A DNA stretch of 61,502 nt, the filler included, from Diploschistes diacapsis (Eukaryota), in assembly GCA_023645945.1 (NCBI GenBank). It is 11 parts of 11 records of this genome, joined end to end, with 100 filler letters (N's around TTAATTAATTAA, not from the genome) between each part and the next. Parts side by side here need not be neighbours in the genome. Positions count along the whole stretch, not along the records: positions 26,162 to 29,616 come from JALAIB010001912.1; positions 29,717 to 33,170 come from JALAIB010001913.1; positions 33,271 to 36,722 come from JALAIB010001914.1; positions 36,823 to 40,274 come from JALAIB010001915.1; 7 more parts are not named here. One strand, written 5' to 3'. The notes under the pieces were generated by a model. That model was not told the DNA's origin and searched no databases. It saw nothing but the letters and a program-made list of their open reading frames with translations. How positions within the stretch are numbered: position 1 is the first letter of the stretch; every line of letters begins with the position of its first letter. This document shows, piece by piece, positions 27,591 through 38,209 of the stretch. The position numbers and the translations under genes are program-made.

Positions 27591-28434
27591 TCTGGAGGCT
27601 GGAGTTGAAGTGTGTCGGCTACTATCGGCTACTATCGGCTACTGGTTTCAGCAACGGGGAGGCGAGAGAGTGCTACAATGGATGGACTGACTGACTTCTC
27701 GCAATTTTTCGCGACAAAAATAAATCAGTCTTTCGCGAGAAACCAACCACGGCCCAACGGCCCAAAGCACTGACTGGCTGCATAGCCCCCTGTGCAGTTT
27801 TGTGCTGAGTTATGAGGAGGGCGGCAGGATGTGATGCTGTGCTGTGCTCTGCTGTGCTCTGCTGTGCAGATTTAGTAGTACTACCAAGGCCCCATCTTCC
27901 CCTGAGGCTTGAGCAGGAATGGTGGAGCCGGACAGAAAAGCACTCTGTAGATGAAGCATCTCATTTGTCTCATTTTGTTGGAAGCAATTTCCATGGCTCC
28001 AAACATGGTCAAGAACCTTGTTCACCCCCGTCCTAGTCCTGAGTCTGATTGGACTTCTTGCTCTGAACAGCCTGTCCACTTGAACTAGCTGCTCTAGCGG
28101 TGCGCTGGTCGCCTCCACCCGCTTCTGCAACAAATACCTCTCCACCCTCCCCCTTTTGCCTCTCTTCTTCTTCTTCTTTTTTTCCCCCCCTTCTTCTTCC
28201 CTTCACTGCCAGCATTTTGCACTCAAGCCGGGACTTGACTTCGAAGTTGACCTCGCTGTTGACAGCTTCACTCATTCAGCTCCTACAGCAATACACACAC
28301 TCCTTTGCGTCCGAACAACCAATCTACAGACATCTGTGCTATATAGCCATATCGGTCATTCCAGCCCATTCTCAGCAGACAACAAGTACATCAATAAAGA
28401 TCGAAAAGTATAACCTCGCTGCAAAAAAAAAAAA

Positions 28435-29301
28435 ATGAAGCACACCGACGCTGCTGTCGCTCTTGCGACGCTTGCTCTTCCCGCAGCCTACGCTCAGGGT
28501 ACCGCCGCCGTCGTCAACATGTGTGACTTCCCCGCCTACATCTGGTCGGTCAGCAACAGTCAAGCTCCGATGGTTGCACTCCCAAACACGACCGTCGGCT
28601 ACCAGGAGGACTACCGCAGCCAGCCCGACGGAGCTGGCATCTCTTTGAAGCTCGCTACCTCGTACCTGGGCGACGGAGAAATCGATATGAGCAAGAATGT
28701 CACCCAGTTCGAGTACACCAACGTTCCGGGCGTTGGGATGGTGTGGTACGATATCTCGCACGTCAACGGCAACGCTTTCCAGGGCTACCCCGTTCTGCTT
28801 CAGCCCTCCGATCTGTCCTGCCCCAACGTGACCTGCGCTTCCGACGACTCCGTCTGCAAGGAGATGTACAACAACCCCAACGACAATGCCGCGACCCATG
28901 CCTGTGCGTCGAACGCCGATCTGTTTTTCCTTCTGTGCCCTCCAAACAACGATGCCAGCACCACTCCCGACGCCGGCACTTCTGGCTCTGCTGCTACCAC
29001 GACCACGACCACCGGCAGTAACGGCCTCCAGGACGTTGTTGTCAGCGCCGACGGCGGCGTCGAGCTTGCCCAACCTACTGCTTCGCCAGCCGGCCAACCC
29101 GCCAACAAGGTCGTAACAGCGCCCGCTCTGAGCAACCTCACCAGCATCAACGCCTTCAACAACATGGTCGAGCATTGGTACTCATACAGCGGACCCCTCG
29201 GTCCGGCGACCAAGCGCTCAGAAGATGACTCCGCCCGTCACAGCCACAAGGAGTTTCACGAGCGCCGCCGTCGCAACCGCATGGCCCGCGGCTCGGAGTA
29301 G
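28435..29301 (+). CDS. Secreted BYS1-domain (thaumatin-like fold) protein with Ser/Thr linker and basic tail
   Basis: Signal peptide, A.VVNMCDFPAYIWSVS, GISLKL, TQFEYT, VWYDISHVNGNAF, YNNPND..THAC....L...LC. Strong GC3 bias. Confidence 0.85.
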   Translation: MKHTDAAVALATLALPAAYAQGTAAVVNMCDFPAYIWSVSNSQAPMVALPNTTVGYQEDYRSQPDGAGISLKLATSYLGDGEIDMSKNVTQFEYTNVPGVGMVWYDISHVNGNAFQGYPVLLQPSDLSCPNVTCASDDSVCKEMYNNPNDNAATHACASNADLFFLLCPPNNDASTTPDAGTSGSAATTTTTTGSNGLQDVVVSADGGVELAQPTASPAGQPANKVVTAPALSNLTSINAFNNMVEHWYSYSGPLGPATKRSEDDSARHSHKEFHERRRRNRMARGSE

Positions 29302-29967
29302 ATCGCTGCCTGTGGCAGGGAGACAGCAAAACCCGTTGCTGGACGATTGATCGTGGCCTCCCCATATCATTAAGCCCTAGCCTCGAAGGCTTCCGGGCCA
29401 CGTCTATTTTTCTTCAAACCGCTGTTTTTCGAATGACCCACGCAAAAGGTCTCATGAGTGACGATGTTCGACAACCCTTCAACCTTCGACCTCCTCTCCC
29501 TCTCCTTCCTCGACCGACCCTTTTTTATACCCCCACCACTTCATTTCCAACCTGCTGGCGCACTCGGCCATCAGCTTCGCAAATTTATGTCAAGCATTGA
29601 TAGAAATGGGGGGGGGNNNNNNNNNNNNNNNNNNNNNNNNNNNNNNNNNNNNNNNNNNNNTTAATTAATTAANNNNNNNNNNNNNNNNNNNNNNNNNNNN
29701 NNNNNNNNNNNNNNNNAAAATACTAGGCGATTATTAAACTTAAACGTCGCTAATTGAACCTTAAGTTCGCCAACTATAAAATCAAAAAAAACACGATTAT
29801 TTAAAAAACATAAATATATCTAATAAAACTTTTAAAGAAATTATCGTATAAACGAGAAAAATACGCGTTAAAGGTTCTTTTTTAATAATTATTTATAATA
29901 TTACTATTTAACTACGGAATCTATAGTAGCTATAGTGCTACTAGGGAGAGTCGCTTGTTCTTGCTGG

Positions 29968-30415
29968 TGTTATGATCTCTATCTCTACAACGTAGACACG
30001 AGGTATCGATCAAGGTAGGTTTGGTCTCGTATAGGAGAGGAGTGTAGGCAGGAAGAAGAAGAAGATCAAGTACGAGTCTGTATTAATTTCTAGAAGTATG
30101 CTGGATGATAGAGGGTATTAATATTGCATTGATCTATCTGTTAGGATAACATAAGGTCTGAACACGCCCGTTTTTATAGAAGTTATGGCGATGTTCTTAT
30201 ATAATCTAAAGTGATAGTTAGTCGTTGATAATAAAGCTGTCGCGATAGCGCTGTTATTGATAGAGGTTTATTATCGATAGATTTGTTTCTGATAGATATC
30301 TGTCGGTAGCCATCTATTAATCATATAATTAATTATATATAACGATAGATCGGGTAATGCTTTTTAATATTATAACGTTGTTAAGTGATTACGTCTAATT
30401 ATTTAGATCGTAATA
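29968..30415 (-). repeat. 3' LTR (about 450 bp)
   Basis: Termini TGTTATGA...TCGTAATA (RIP form of TG..CA inverted ends). Adjacent PPT complement ctatttctttctttt. First 100 bp or so shared with 39844 and 40959. Confidence 0.85.
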
Positions 30416-30507
30416 CTATTTCTTTCTTTTAATTTTGTCGGCCCGATAAGTTCCGAAGGGTAAGTATAAATATTAAATAAAAGAGAATCCTATGTCGTGA
30501 AATAACG

Positions 30508-31017
30508 ATGTCTTTTTTAATTACTCGTAATTATAGATTTGTTAATCGTATCTTTTAATTAGATAAAATTGTTGACTTTCTTTGTTTTTATTGTTTAGTC
30601 TTATATCGCTGTGTTATTATGCCGTTTATTTCTTTTTGTTGCGAAAGGTGCGCTCGTCTCGATCGGAAGAACTATATCTCGACATCTTAGGAGGTTATAG
30701 ATAAGGTACGTGTTTAGGTAGAATTTAAATTAGAATCGGAAGAGGAGAAAAGGCGAAAGCTCTTTTCTTAATTAGTAAAATATGAAGCCCGGATAGAGAG
30801 GTTCCGGAAGATTCTTAAACTAGTCGAAAAGAAATCTATCGAGTAAGCGAAATGTTTTGTCGATTAGTTGGATAAGGAGGTAGAAACGGTTGGGGACCCG
30901 AACAATAATATGGTGCTCGTGGGTAGTTTTTAGGATTTCCGGTATCTTAGCGTTCTGTCGCCTTCTTAAATCAATTGAGAATTAAGAGATGCCGACGTAA
31001 CGACTTCTTTCTTTTAG
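30508..31017 (+). pseudogene. Retrotransposon antisense ORF: Zn2Cys6-like cluster plus coiled coil (RIP-inactivated)
   Basis: 170 codons in one frame. C-x2-C-x5-C-x9-C-x2-C-x7-(C>Y), then STS(W)E..DKVR...EEEKRRKL..EARIERFRKILKL...AKCFVD(Q)L. Internal stops are all derivable from CAA/CAG/TGG by transitions. Confidence 0.75.
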
Positions 31018-31062
31018 GTTAGTATATAAAAAACTTATTTGTATGTGTTTTTTTTATAGTTG

Positions 31063-31135
31063 GATTTAGTAGTTCAATCGATAGAACGTGTGTTTATTTG
31101 ACGCGAGATCGCTGGTTCGATTCCGGCCTGGGTTA
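31063..31135 (+). tRNA. tRNA-like cloverleaf (RIP-degenerate pseudo-tRNA) inside the Gypsy 3' internal region; isotype uncertain
   Basis: GATTTAG-TA-GTTC-AATCGATA-GAAC-G-TGTGT-TTATTTG-ACGCG-AGATC-GCTGG-TTCGATT-CCGGC-CTGGGTT-A. Exact 73-nt geometry, intact B box GGTTCGATTCC, all stem defects are G-T pairs, T5 run at 31144-31148. Confidence 0.75.
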
Positions 31136-33449
31136 GTGAGGTGTTTTTAGTAATGTTTCACGACAATACCGAAGATTTCTTAGTTTTTTTCTTTTTTTCT
31201 TTTTCTTGTGAAGATGTTACTGCCTCTTTTTCGCTTCTTCTTGTCGTGATAGGCCCTTAACACGTCTTTATAGTTAATTAATACCCGTTATGGTTCTTAC
31301 GTATACTGGTCGTCTGGATATCTTTTTTATTTAATTAGGTAACCTCGAGGGTTATCGTTAAAGATTTTTTTAACTTTATATTCGGTTTCTTCGTTTGATT
31401 CGAAATAGAACGTGGTCTGAAATAATATATCTAAGTATGCTGATTTAAGTTTAAATATATGGAAAACCAGTGTTTTAAGTTTCGTATTTAGTGAGAGGAC
31501 GAGTCGGTAGGAAACCTTTAGTTATCCGTCCGTTATTTCTGGTTGCTCGTTTATAAGGAAAGGTCCGATCTTTTTATTGTTAAGCTTTTTAAAAGGTTTT
31601 AGTAAGCGAAGGTTATTAGCGAGTAAATAGACCTTATTTTCCTTTTTTAGTTGAAGATCTTTTTTAAATTGTGTTTATCTTGTTCTTTCTTAATGCTTTT
31701 TTCTTAATCGTAGTATTGTTTTAATAAATAAATCGGTATTTTTAATATCCTTTTTTTAATAATACCGACTTTTTAGTTCTTATTTGATTATTAATAACAG
31801 TTCTACCCAATTGTTTATCTCGTAGTTGACGTAATGGCGTAATATTTATTTTAATGTTTGATTTATTTTTTTCGTCTGTCTATTCGTTTGTGGATGGAAT
31901 GCTATTAAATGCTTAAATTTTGTTCCGAAGATCTGTATCATAATTTTTTAATAACTCGATATAAATAATAATCCGCGATTATTAATTATTTCTTTTAAGT
32001 GCCCGTTATGTCTTATCATTTTATCGGTTTATATTGCGTGTAACTTTTATGTATTGTAATCTTTTCTGAACGGTAGGTATATTGATTTGTTGTTAAATCT
32101 GTCAACGATTATTTAAATGGCGTCGTATTCGATATTTATTATTGGATTTCTGAATTTTGGTAGTTTTGTGATAAAATCCATTATGATTGATTACTATTAT
32201 TTCTATGGTTTGGGTATGATTTATGTAATACCGTACTTTTTGTGTGTTGAATGTTTGTTCTTCTGACAGCTTTCGTATTGTTTAATGAAGTCCGTAATTT
32301 GTTTCTTCATTCCTTTGAAATGGCAGTTTCGTTAAATAATTTTAATAGTATTCGTGATACCTTTATGTCCGTATTTCGGTGGATCATGATATTATCGTAT
32401 ATAATCTTAAATCCTCTCTACGGGAATATGTAACTTTTTTTTAATTATTGGATATTTTTCTTGTTAATCTTCGAGAATATTTATGATTGCGATAAATTTT
32501 TGAAAATCTGTTGTTAATGATCCGTTATCGTTGATCTTAAGTAACTTCGCTTGTCGTGATTTTCTGATTATATAGTCTAATCGTCGACTAAACGCGTCAA
32601 CTCGTTCGTTAGTTTTATTTGTAATTCGCTTGATCGTGAAACGATATCGTCCGAAAATTTCTGATCATCGAAACTATCTCGGGTTAAATTTTTTTGTCGT
32701 TGTGAACTTTAGTAAGTTTATATGGTTTATGTAAATTTCGGTTTTTTTTGTTTTATCTATATAGTTATACTATTCGTTTAGCGCTGCGATTATAACGAAT
32801 AATTTTTGGTCGTTTATATCGTAATTCTGTTTTATTAATAACATCTTTCGTGAATAACATGTTACTAACCGTTACTTGTCGTTACTGTCGGGTTAAAGTA
32901 AGTATGCCGTTATAGCTTGTTTTAAAGCATCGGTTTCGATTCGTATTGGTTTATTTGGATTATAAAATCCTAAGATAGGTGCGTTAATCGTAAAATCTTT
33001 GAATTTTTGGAACGTTTGTTCTTGTTTTGATGTCTATTTAAAAAATAAGTTTTTTCGTATAAGTCTAATTAATGGTTCTGTTTTTTTTAAATAGTTTTTA
33101 ATGAATTATCGGTTGTAATTAATGAATCTTAAGAAGGACTGGATATCTTTCACGTTCTTTAGGGTTAATTNNNNNNNNNNNNNNNNNNNNNNNNNNNNNN
33201 NNNNNNNNNNNNNNTTAATTAATTAANNNNNNNNNNNNNNNNNNNNNNNNNNNNNNNNNNNNNNNNNNNNATTATATAGAGATCTAAGTACCTAGTAGAG
33301 CCACAGTGAACTAGGCAGAATGCACATTAGGGCGCCATTAAATATGTTACACAATTTTACAGTAGGCAGAATAAGACATACCCTGATACCGGGGAAGGAA
33401 GATGATGATGAGTTGGGCGGGATGTGGCAGGAGGAGGGGGTGGAGTGAG

Positions 33450-36400
33450 TGGGTTTCGTACAAGCTATTCATAGTCGGCCGCGGTGTAGATAAATAAGAG
33501 CTTTAAGATGTCGTCAGTAAGCGCGCAGTAGTCTGTGACTGTTGCACCGCATCTATACGGGATATTAGAAGCTGGTCGACCGTATTGAGATTCACCTTGA
33601 TAGTTGAGGCTGATAAAGAAATAGGCCTTAATAAAGCATAAATTAAGCATATATATTCAAGCATTTTATCTAATTGTGATATTACATGTATCTAAATTTC
33701 GACTTAACATGGTGTTTTAAGTAATGATATCTTTCTTTCTATCATCTATTTCGTTTAACGGGCTTCTTAGCGATTGAATAGATTCACGCGTTCCTCGAAG
33801 TCTATATAGGCCTCTATTTCTACCAAATCGCCGACCGGATGCCCTTATGCCGCCCTTTTAAGAAGAAACGTATACCTTTTAGCGTGTTATTCGTGCCGAT
33901 TAATCGTTAAAGGCCACAATACGTAGCTTAGATACTTATTTGCTTTATCCTTATCAATCGCCACGAAATGGGGGTTCCCGGGAACTAATCGTTCGTGTTG
34001 GTTTGAGAATTAATAATTGGTAAAATCGGTGAGTGCTGGGCGTAGTCCCTCGATCATCGCCTGGATATTCTCGAGGCTAACATTTAAAAACATTTATTAT
34101 ATTAATAAAAGTAATAGTAAGCGCGGGTAAAGGACGTAATAATTTACCTTACTAAAAGACCGCGTTAATATACGAGACGTAAATATCTTAAATCAACTTC
34201 TATTGTTCTTGTAAAGAATATAAAGTAATGTTTCCTTTAATATTCCTTGTTCGTCATCTTCGTCGGACTCATATACCGTACCTTTTGGAAGAGGGGAGCG
34301 GGGAGGAGATTAAGGAGATTAATCGCTCGCAAATTTGTTATTATAAATAAAGACGTGATTAACATAAGAACTTAAGAAAAGCATTATAACGCAAAAGGAA
34401 CTAGCTTACCTAAACATCTTATTTGCTAAGTCGAACAATTTTTTAACGTGACGACGGTATTCAGCGGCCTCGGTCTTATGTGTAACACGTTTGTTGAACG
34501 TGAAAGTGAAATTAGGGCTGCAGCCAGAGCTAGAACCAACGCCAGGACTAGCGCTAAAGACAGAAGCAGAAGCTATCTAATAGGATCCAAAAAAGTTTTT
34601 AAGACGTAATCTAACTAATAAAGTAAAAGGAAATGTGTCGATTGATTATAAGGTTAAAATAAAATAAGTCGGCTATTTGTGGGAATAAGAGGTCCGCTAT
34701 AAGGATAATATTGAGGTAATAAATATCGGCGTAAACGTTATCTTTCAAATAAGTTACACGTTGTTTACTTATGATCTATCGAGTTTTACAACCTCAATAA
34801 AGGTCGAAACAAGGACTATATATAAAAGATAAGCGAATTCGATTGGTGTCGATTGTGACATTAATAACAAATACCACATTCTCTTTCCTTCTCGCTTTCC
34901 GGCTTTGCAGAGACCTTCCGATTCGTCGACAACTTTCTTACGAAAGTCGTCTTCTTCGACCTACCTGGTCGTACTATATACATTAAAACCTAAGCAGCTG
35001 GACTATACGCCGCGATGCTCAATTTCGATAAATAAAAAGCGGCAACGACGGTAAGGGAAGGACGGACGGCGGAAGTTTACTACTTTACAGACTTGTAACT
35101 GGCACGCAGTCGAAGCTATTAAAGCAGAATTAATTCGCGCGGGTAGATACAACAAAAAAAGAAGAGAAGAACTTACCGATTTAATCTGGACTTGTTAAGC
35201 TATTAAACAATAATACAGATCTTATTAATGCAGAAGTCAATAATCAAATATTTGTAGATTTTCCTTGCATCTTCTAAATCAGCCCGATGTGACATATCCT
35301 ATCGACAATGCGGGTCCAGGACGTTTTAAGTTAATAATTGCGGTAATTTATTCCGTGGTTTGTTGAGTGTGAATAAAGTTCTTGTTATATGTATACTACA
35401 ATATCGTCAGATTAACTTTCACGTAAGGAATATAATGATGTATAGATAATCTTTAAAGCTTATTATGTGTCCAAAGTCGAGCTGGTTTAAAATGAATAAG
35501 TACGGACCCTACTAACATAAACATACAGATGGATCAACTTATTAAACATATACCTATTAAATAGTTATCAGGGTAGCTTAAATAAAAACACGTTATTGCC
35601 GTCGTCGCCCATTCTTTTAATAAAACAACGGAGATTATTGTTTAGAAAAAAAGCGAAGATATAAAAAGCACGTTTCGTATTATTACCGCGTTACGGATTT
35701 CGAAAATACTAATTACAATGTTATCAAAAATCATGGCGTAAATAACAGCACTGCCGCTGATAATGTATCGATCGATAATCTTATAACCTAGGATTTTAAG
35801 AATACAGCCGGAAAATTTCAATAAAACGTAGATAAGTGTATTGATTTGTTTTTCGTCGCTTTTTAGAGTTCTTGGGCATATAAGAATACGAAAAGATGTC
35901 TAGAAGTTCTCGAATATGATATCTCGTTTCTTATTAAATATTATCTTAATGTTAGAAAGGTCATGCTTAAATAAATATAGTAATAAAAATATAATATTCT
36001 TAATCAATTTTCGCCGATTATCGATGTTTAAAATTTAATAAACTTTATTAACCAATTAAAGATCATCGGATAACATGAATTTATAGATATCGTATATATT
36101 AAAACTTCCCGTTTCAACTCTTTATTAAGACCATTCTTAAAGGCGAAAGTATGGTAAGCTTACACGATGCCCAGAAAACCCTCGTCGTAGATTATACTTA
36201 CAATTAATTAAAACTAGCGGATACGGGTCTTCCTAGCCGCGTGGTGTATATTATAAATAGCCACTTCCGATTTATTAAATCGCAGGGACTCATAATTATT
36301 TTAATTAAACTGACAGACGAGATATGATACAAAATAAACTCTTTTAACGGTTATATTATAAAAACCGTTACCGTGTTCTTTTTTAACGGAAGCTTTAAAT

Positions 36401-36722
36401 CACGATATATGATCGATATATAACAAAATATGGGATTCTAACTCGCTTTAAGGTACTTAAAAAAGTATCTATTGATTCGAAGCATCCGCAACGGGTCTAT
36501 AATTTAATTCATTCGATACGTATTGCCTTTCACGTTGTGCTACGCGTCTAAAGCATGTGTTAATTTTTGTTATTATGACTGATCGGAAAATTCTTAATCC
36601 GAATGTTAGCGTCCTTACAGCATAATAGGATAAACTTTAAAATATCAAAGTAAAAAGAAGTTGTATTATTCGCTCAATTTAGAGACGTTATAGTTAATAT
36701 TTATAACGATTTAATAGCCGTT
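33450..36722 (-). pseudogene. RIP-degenerated long spliced gene or repeat of unknown family
   Basis: TpA-rich, CpA-poor. Long minus-strand frames with scattered TAA/TAG (e.g. HKTEAAEYRRHVKKLFDLA, YESDEDDEQG, VEEDDFRKKVVDESEG). GTAAG donors near 35177 and 34409. Confidence 0.45.
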
Positions 36723-37149
36723 NNNNNNNNNNNNNNNNNNNNNNNNNNNNNNNNNNNNNNNNNNNNTTAATTAATTAANNNNNNNNNNNNNNNNNNNNNN
36801 NNNNNNNNNNNNNNNNNNNNNNATATATATAAAGACGAGAACAAGCTCGATCTATATTAAGGATCGAGATAGTAATAATATAGATCGAATTAATTATTTA
36901 ATTTATTTTAATAGGTAAAGAAAGGACTATAAAGGTAACTCTAGATGACTAGAGTAAGAAAAGGAGAAATAATTGTAAGGTTAAATAAAGAACATACCAA
37001 TAGTCGGACAAGCGGCACTCAGGGTCTTGGCTTGCGGGTACTTGAAAGGGGATTTTGCCCTTCTTACTCTCTCCTCTTCTTTAGTAATTAGTCCTAGCAT
37101 GAATCTGCCCTGCGTGCAGCCATCTTGCCACATTGTCGTATTCCACCCT

Positions 37150-37312
37150 TTACAATTACGATGTCCGTGTTCGTGAATTTACGGAAATATAATGTCCGTG
37201 TTAATATCCGTGTTTTAAATTTTTAGCTATAATGTCCGTGTCAATATCCGTGTTTTAAAATTTTTTATTATAATGTCCGTGTTAGTAACCGTGGCACGAA
37301 ACGGCCAGCCTA
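37150..37312. mobile_element. Partial copy (one end) of the hAT-like MITE
   Basis: gtccgtgt subterminal repeats ending in gtggcacgaaacggccagccta, matching the right end of 46747-47106. Confidence 0.8.
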
Positions 37313-37643
37313 GCTGAACCTACTTGGGTTCCTGTTAATTCGGGTTGGGAGTAGCGCAAGCCTGTAGGGCTTAGTGGATCCCATAGGTATAAAGGCTTGC
37401 ATGTAGGTTATTCCTCTGAGATAGATCTTTAGACTCAATACATACGTTGCACAATACAACCTACTATTTTTGTATTTACTCATCAACGATAACGTATGAT
37501 ATTATTATTAAATATTAAATAAGCTTTATAACTGGCAATAGGATGTTGCCGAAACTATAAAAGTATTTATCTTTCATTTATATTAAATTAAAAAACTAGT
37601 TGTTAAAGTTATTTAGATTTCTAAATATTCAGCTAACCTTAAT

Positions 37644-37796
37644 GAGCAGGGGTGTGGGGATGCAACCCCCAAAAAATAAAAAAAGCAGGGGTTTAGGGGT
37701 TGCACCCCCCAATAAACCTACCCAGTTTTTTAAGCCTAGATTTTCTACTTAATATTTACTGCTTAGGAACTTGGAGGCTACTTGCCGACACGTGAT
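37644..37796. repeat. Dispersed repeat with GGGG-TGCA-CCCC hairpins (probable DNA-transposon end)
   Basis: agcaggggtgtggggatgcaaccccc twice, then agttttttaagcctagatttt...taggaacttggaggctacttgcc. Homologous to 43975-44181. Confidence 0.75.
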
Positions 37797-38209
37797 ATTA
37801 TTTATCAGGGCATAAGCATTTGCTAGTAGGGGGGACACAAAGAGATCTGGCTTGGCGCTTGGAGCGATGTCGCTTGGCATGGATACACAAATGAAATCAC
37901 TTACTTCCATCACTAAGACTTTTCCTTGTGCTGAGGCTGTGGATCTAAGCTTCCCAGGAGTTTGCGGGTGGGTTTGTTGGACTTCCCTGAGGTTAGCCAT
38001 CAAAGCTTATCGAGTCAGACATTAACTTCCACCTCCAAGTGAGAAAAAAATCATAATTCCCAGAGAATATGGGCAGAACAAGCTAATTTAGGCCAGATTG
38101 CAACACGTCTCTGCTTTTTAAAGTAGAAAAAAGCAGCTTTTCTGATCTCCTCACTCACATCCCCTTCTTGCAAACAAAGCCTACCCCATAAGACCAAAAA
38201 AAATTACTT

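Larger units (their letters stand above)
29968..33170 (-). mobile_element. RIP-mutated Ty3/Gypsy chromovirus, 3' half (RT connection, RNase H, integrase, chromodomain, extra antisense ORF, PPT, 3' LTR)
   Basis: Minus frame with RIP stops: KDIQSFL(G)F.NY.R, IETDA(S), QNYDI.DQ(E)L, (A)DA.SRR, MDFITKLP, AFHPQT, IGPFLI, chromodomain EY(E)V(E)KI..YLIK(W)K(G)YP...T(W)EP. Confidence 0.92.

Noticed and set aside
31155..31170. tcacgaca as the LTR boundary, which would place the tRNA-like unit inside the LTR
   Set aside because: The boundary shared by both elements, with PPT and inverted terminus, is at 30415 and 41419, so the unit is internal.
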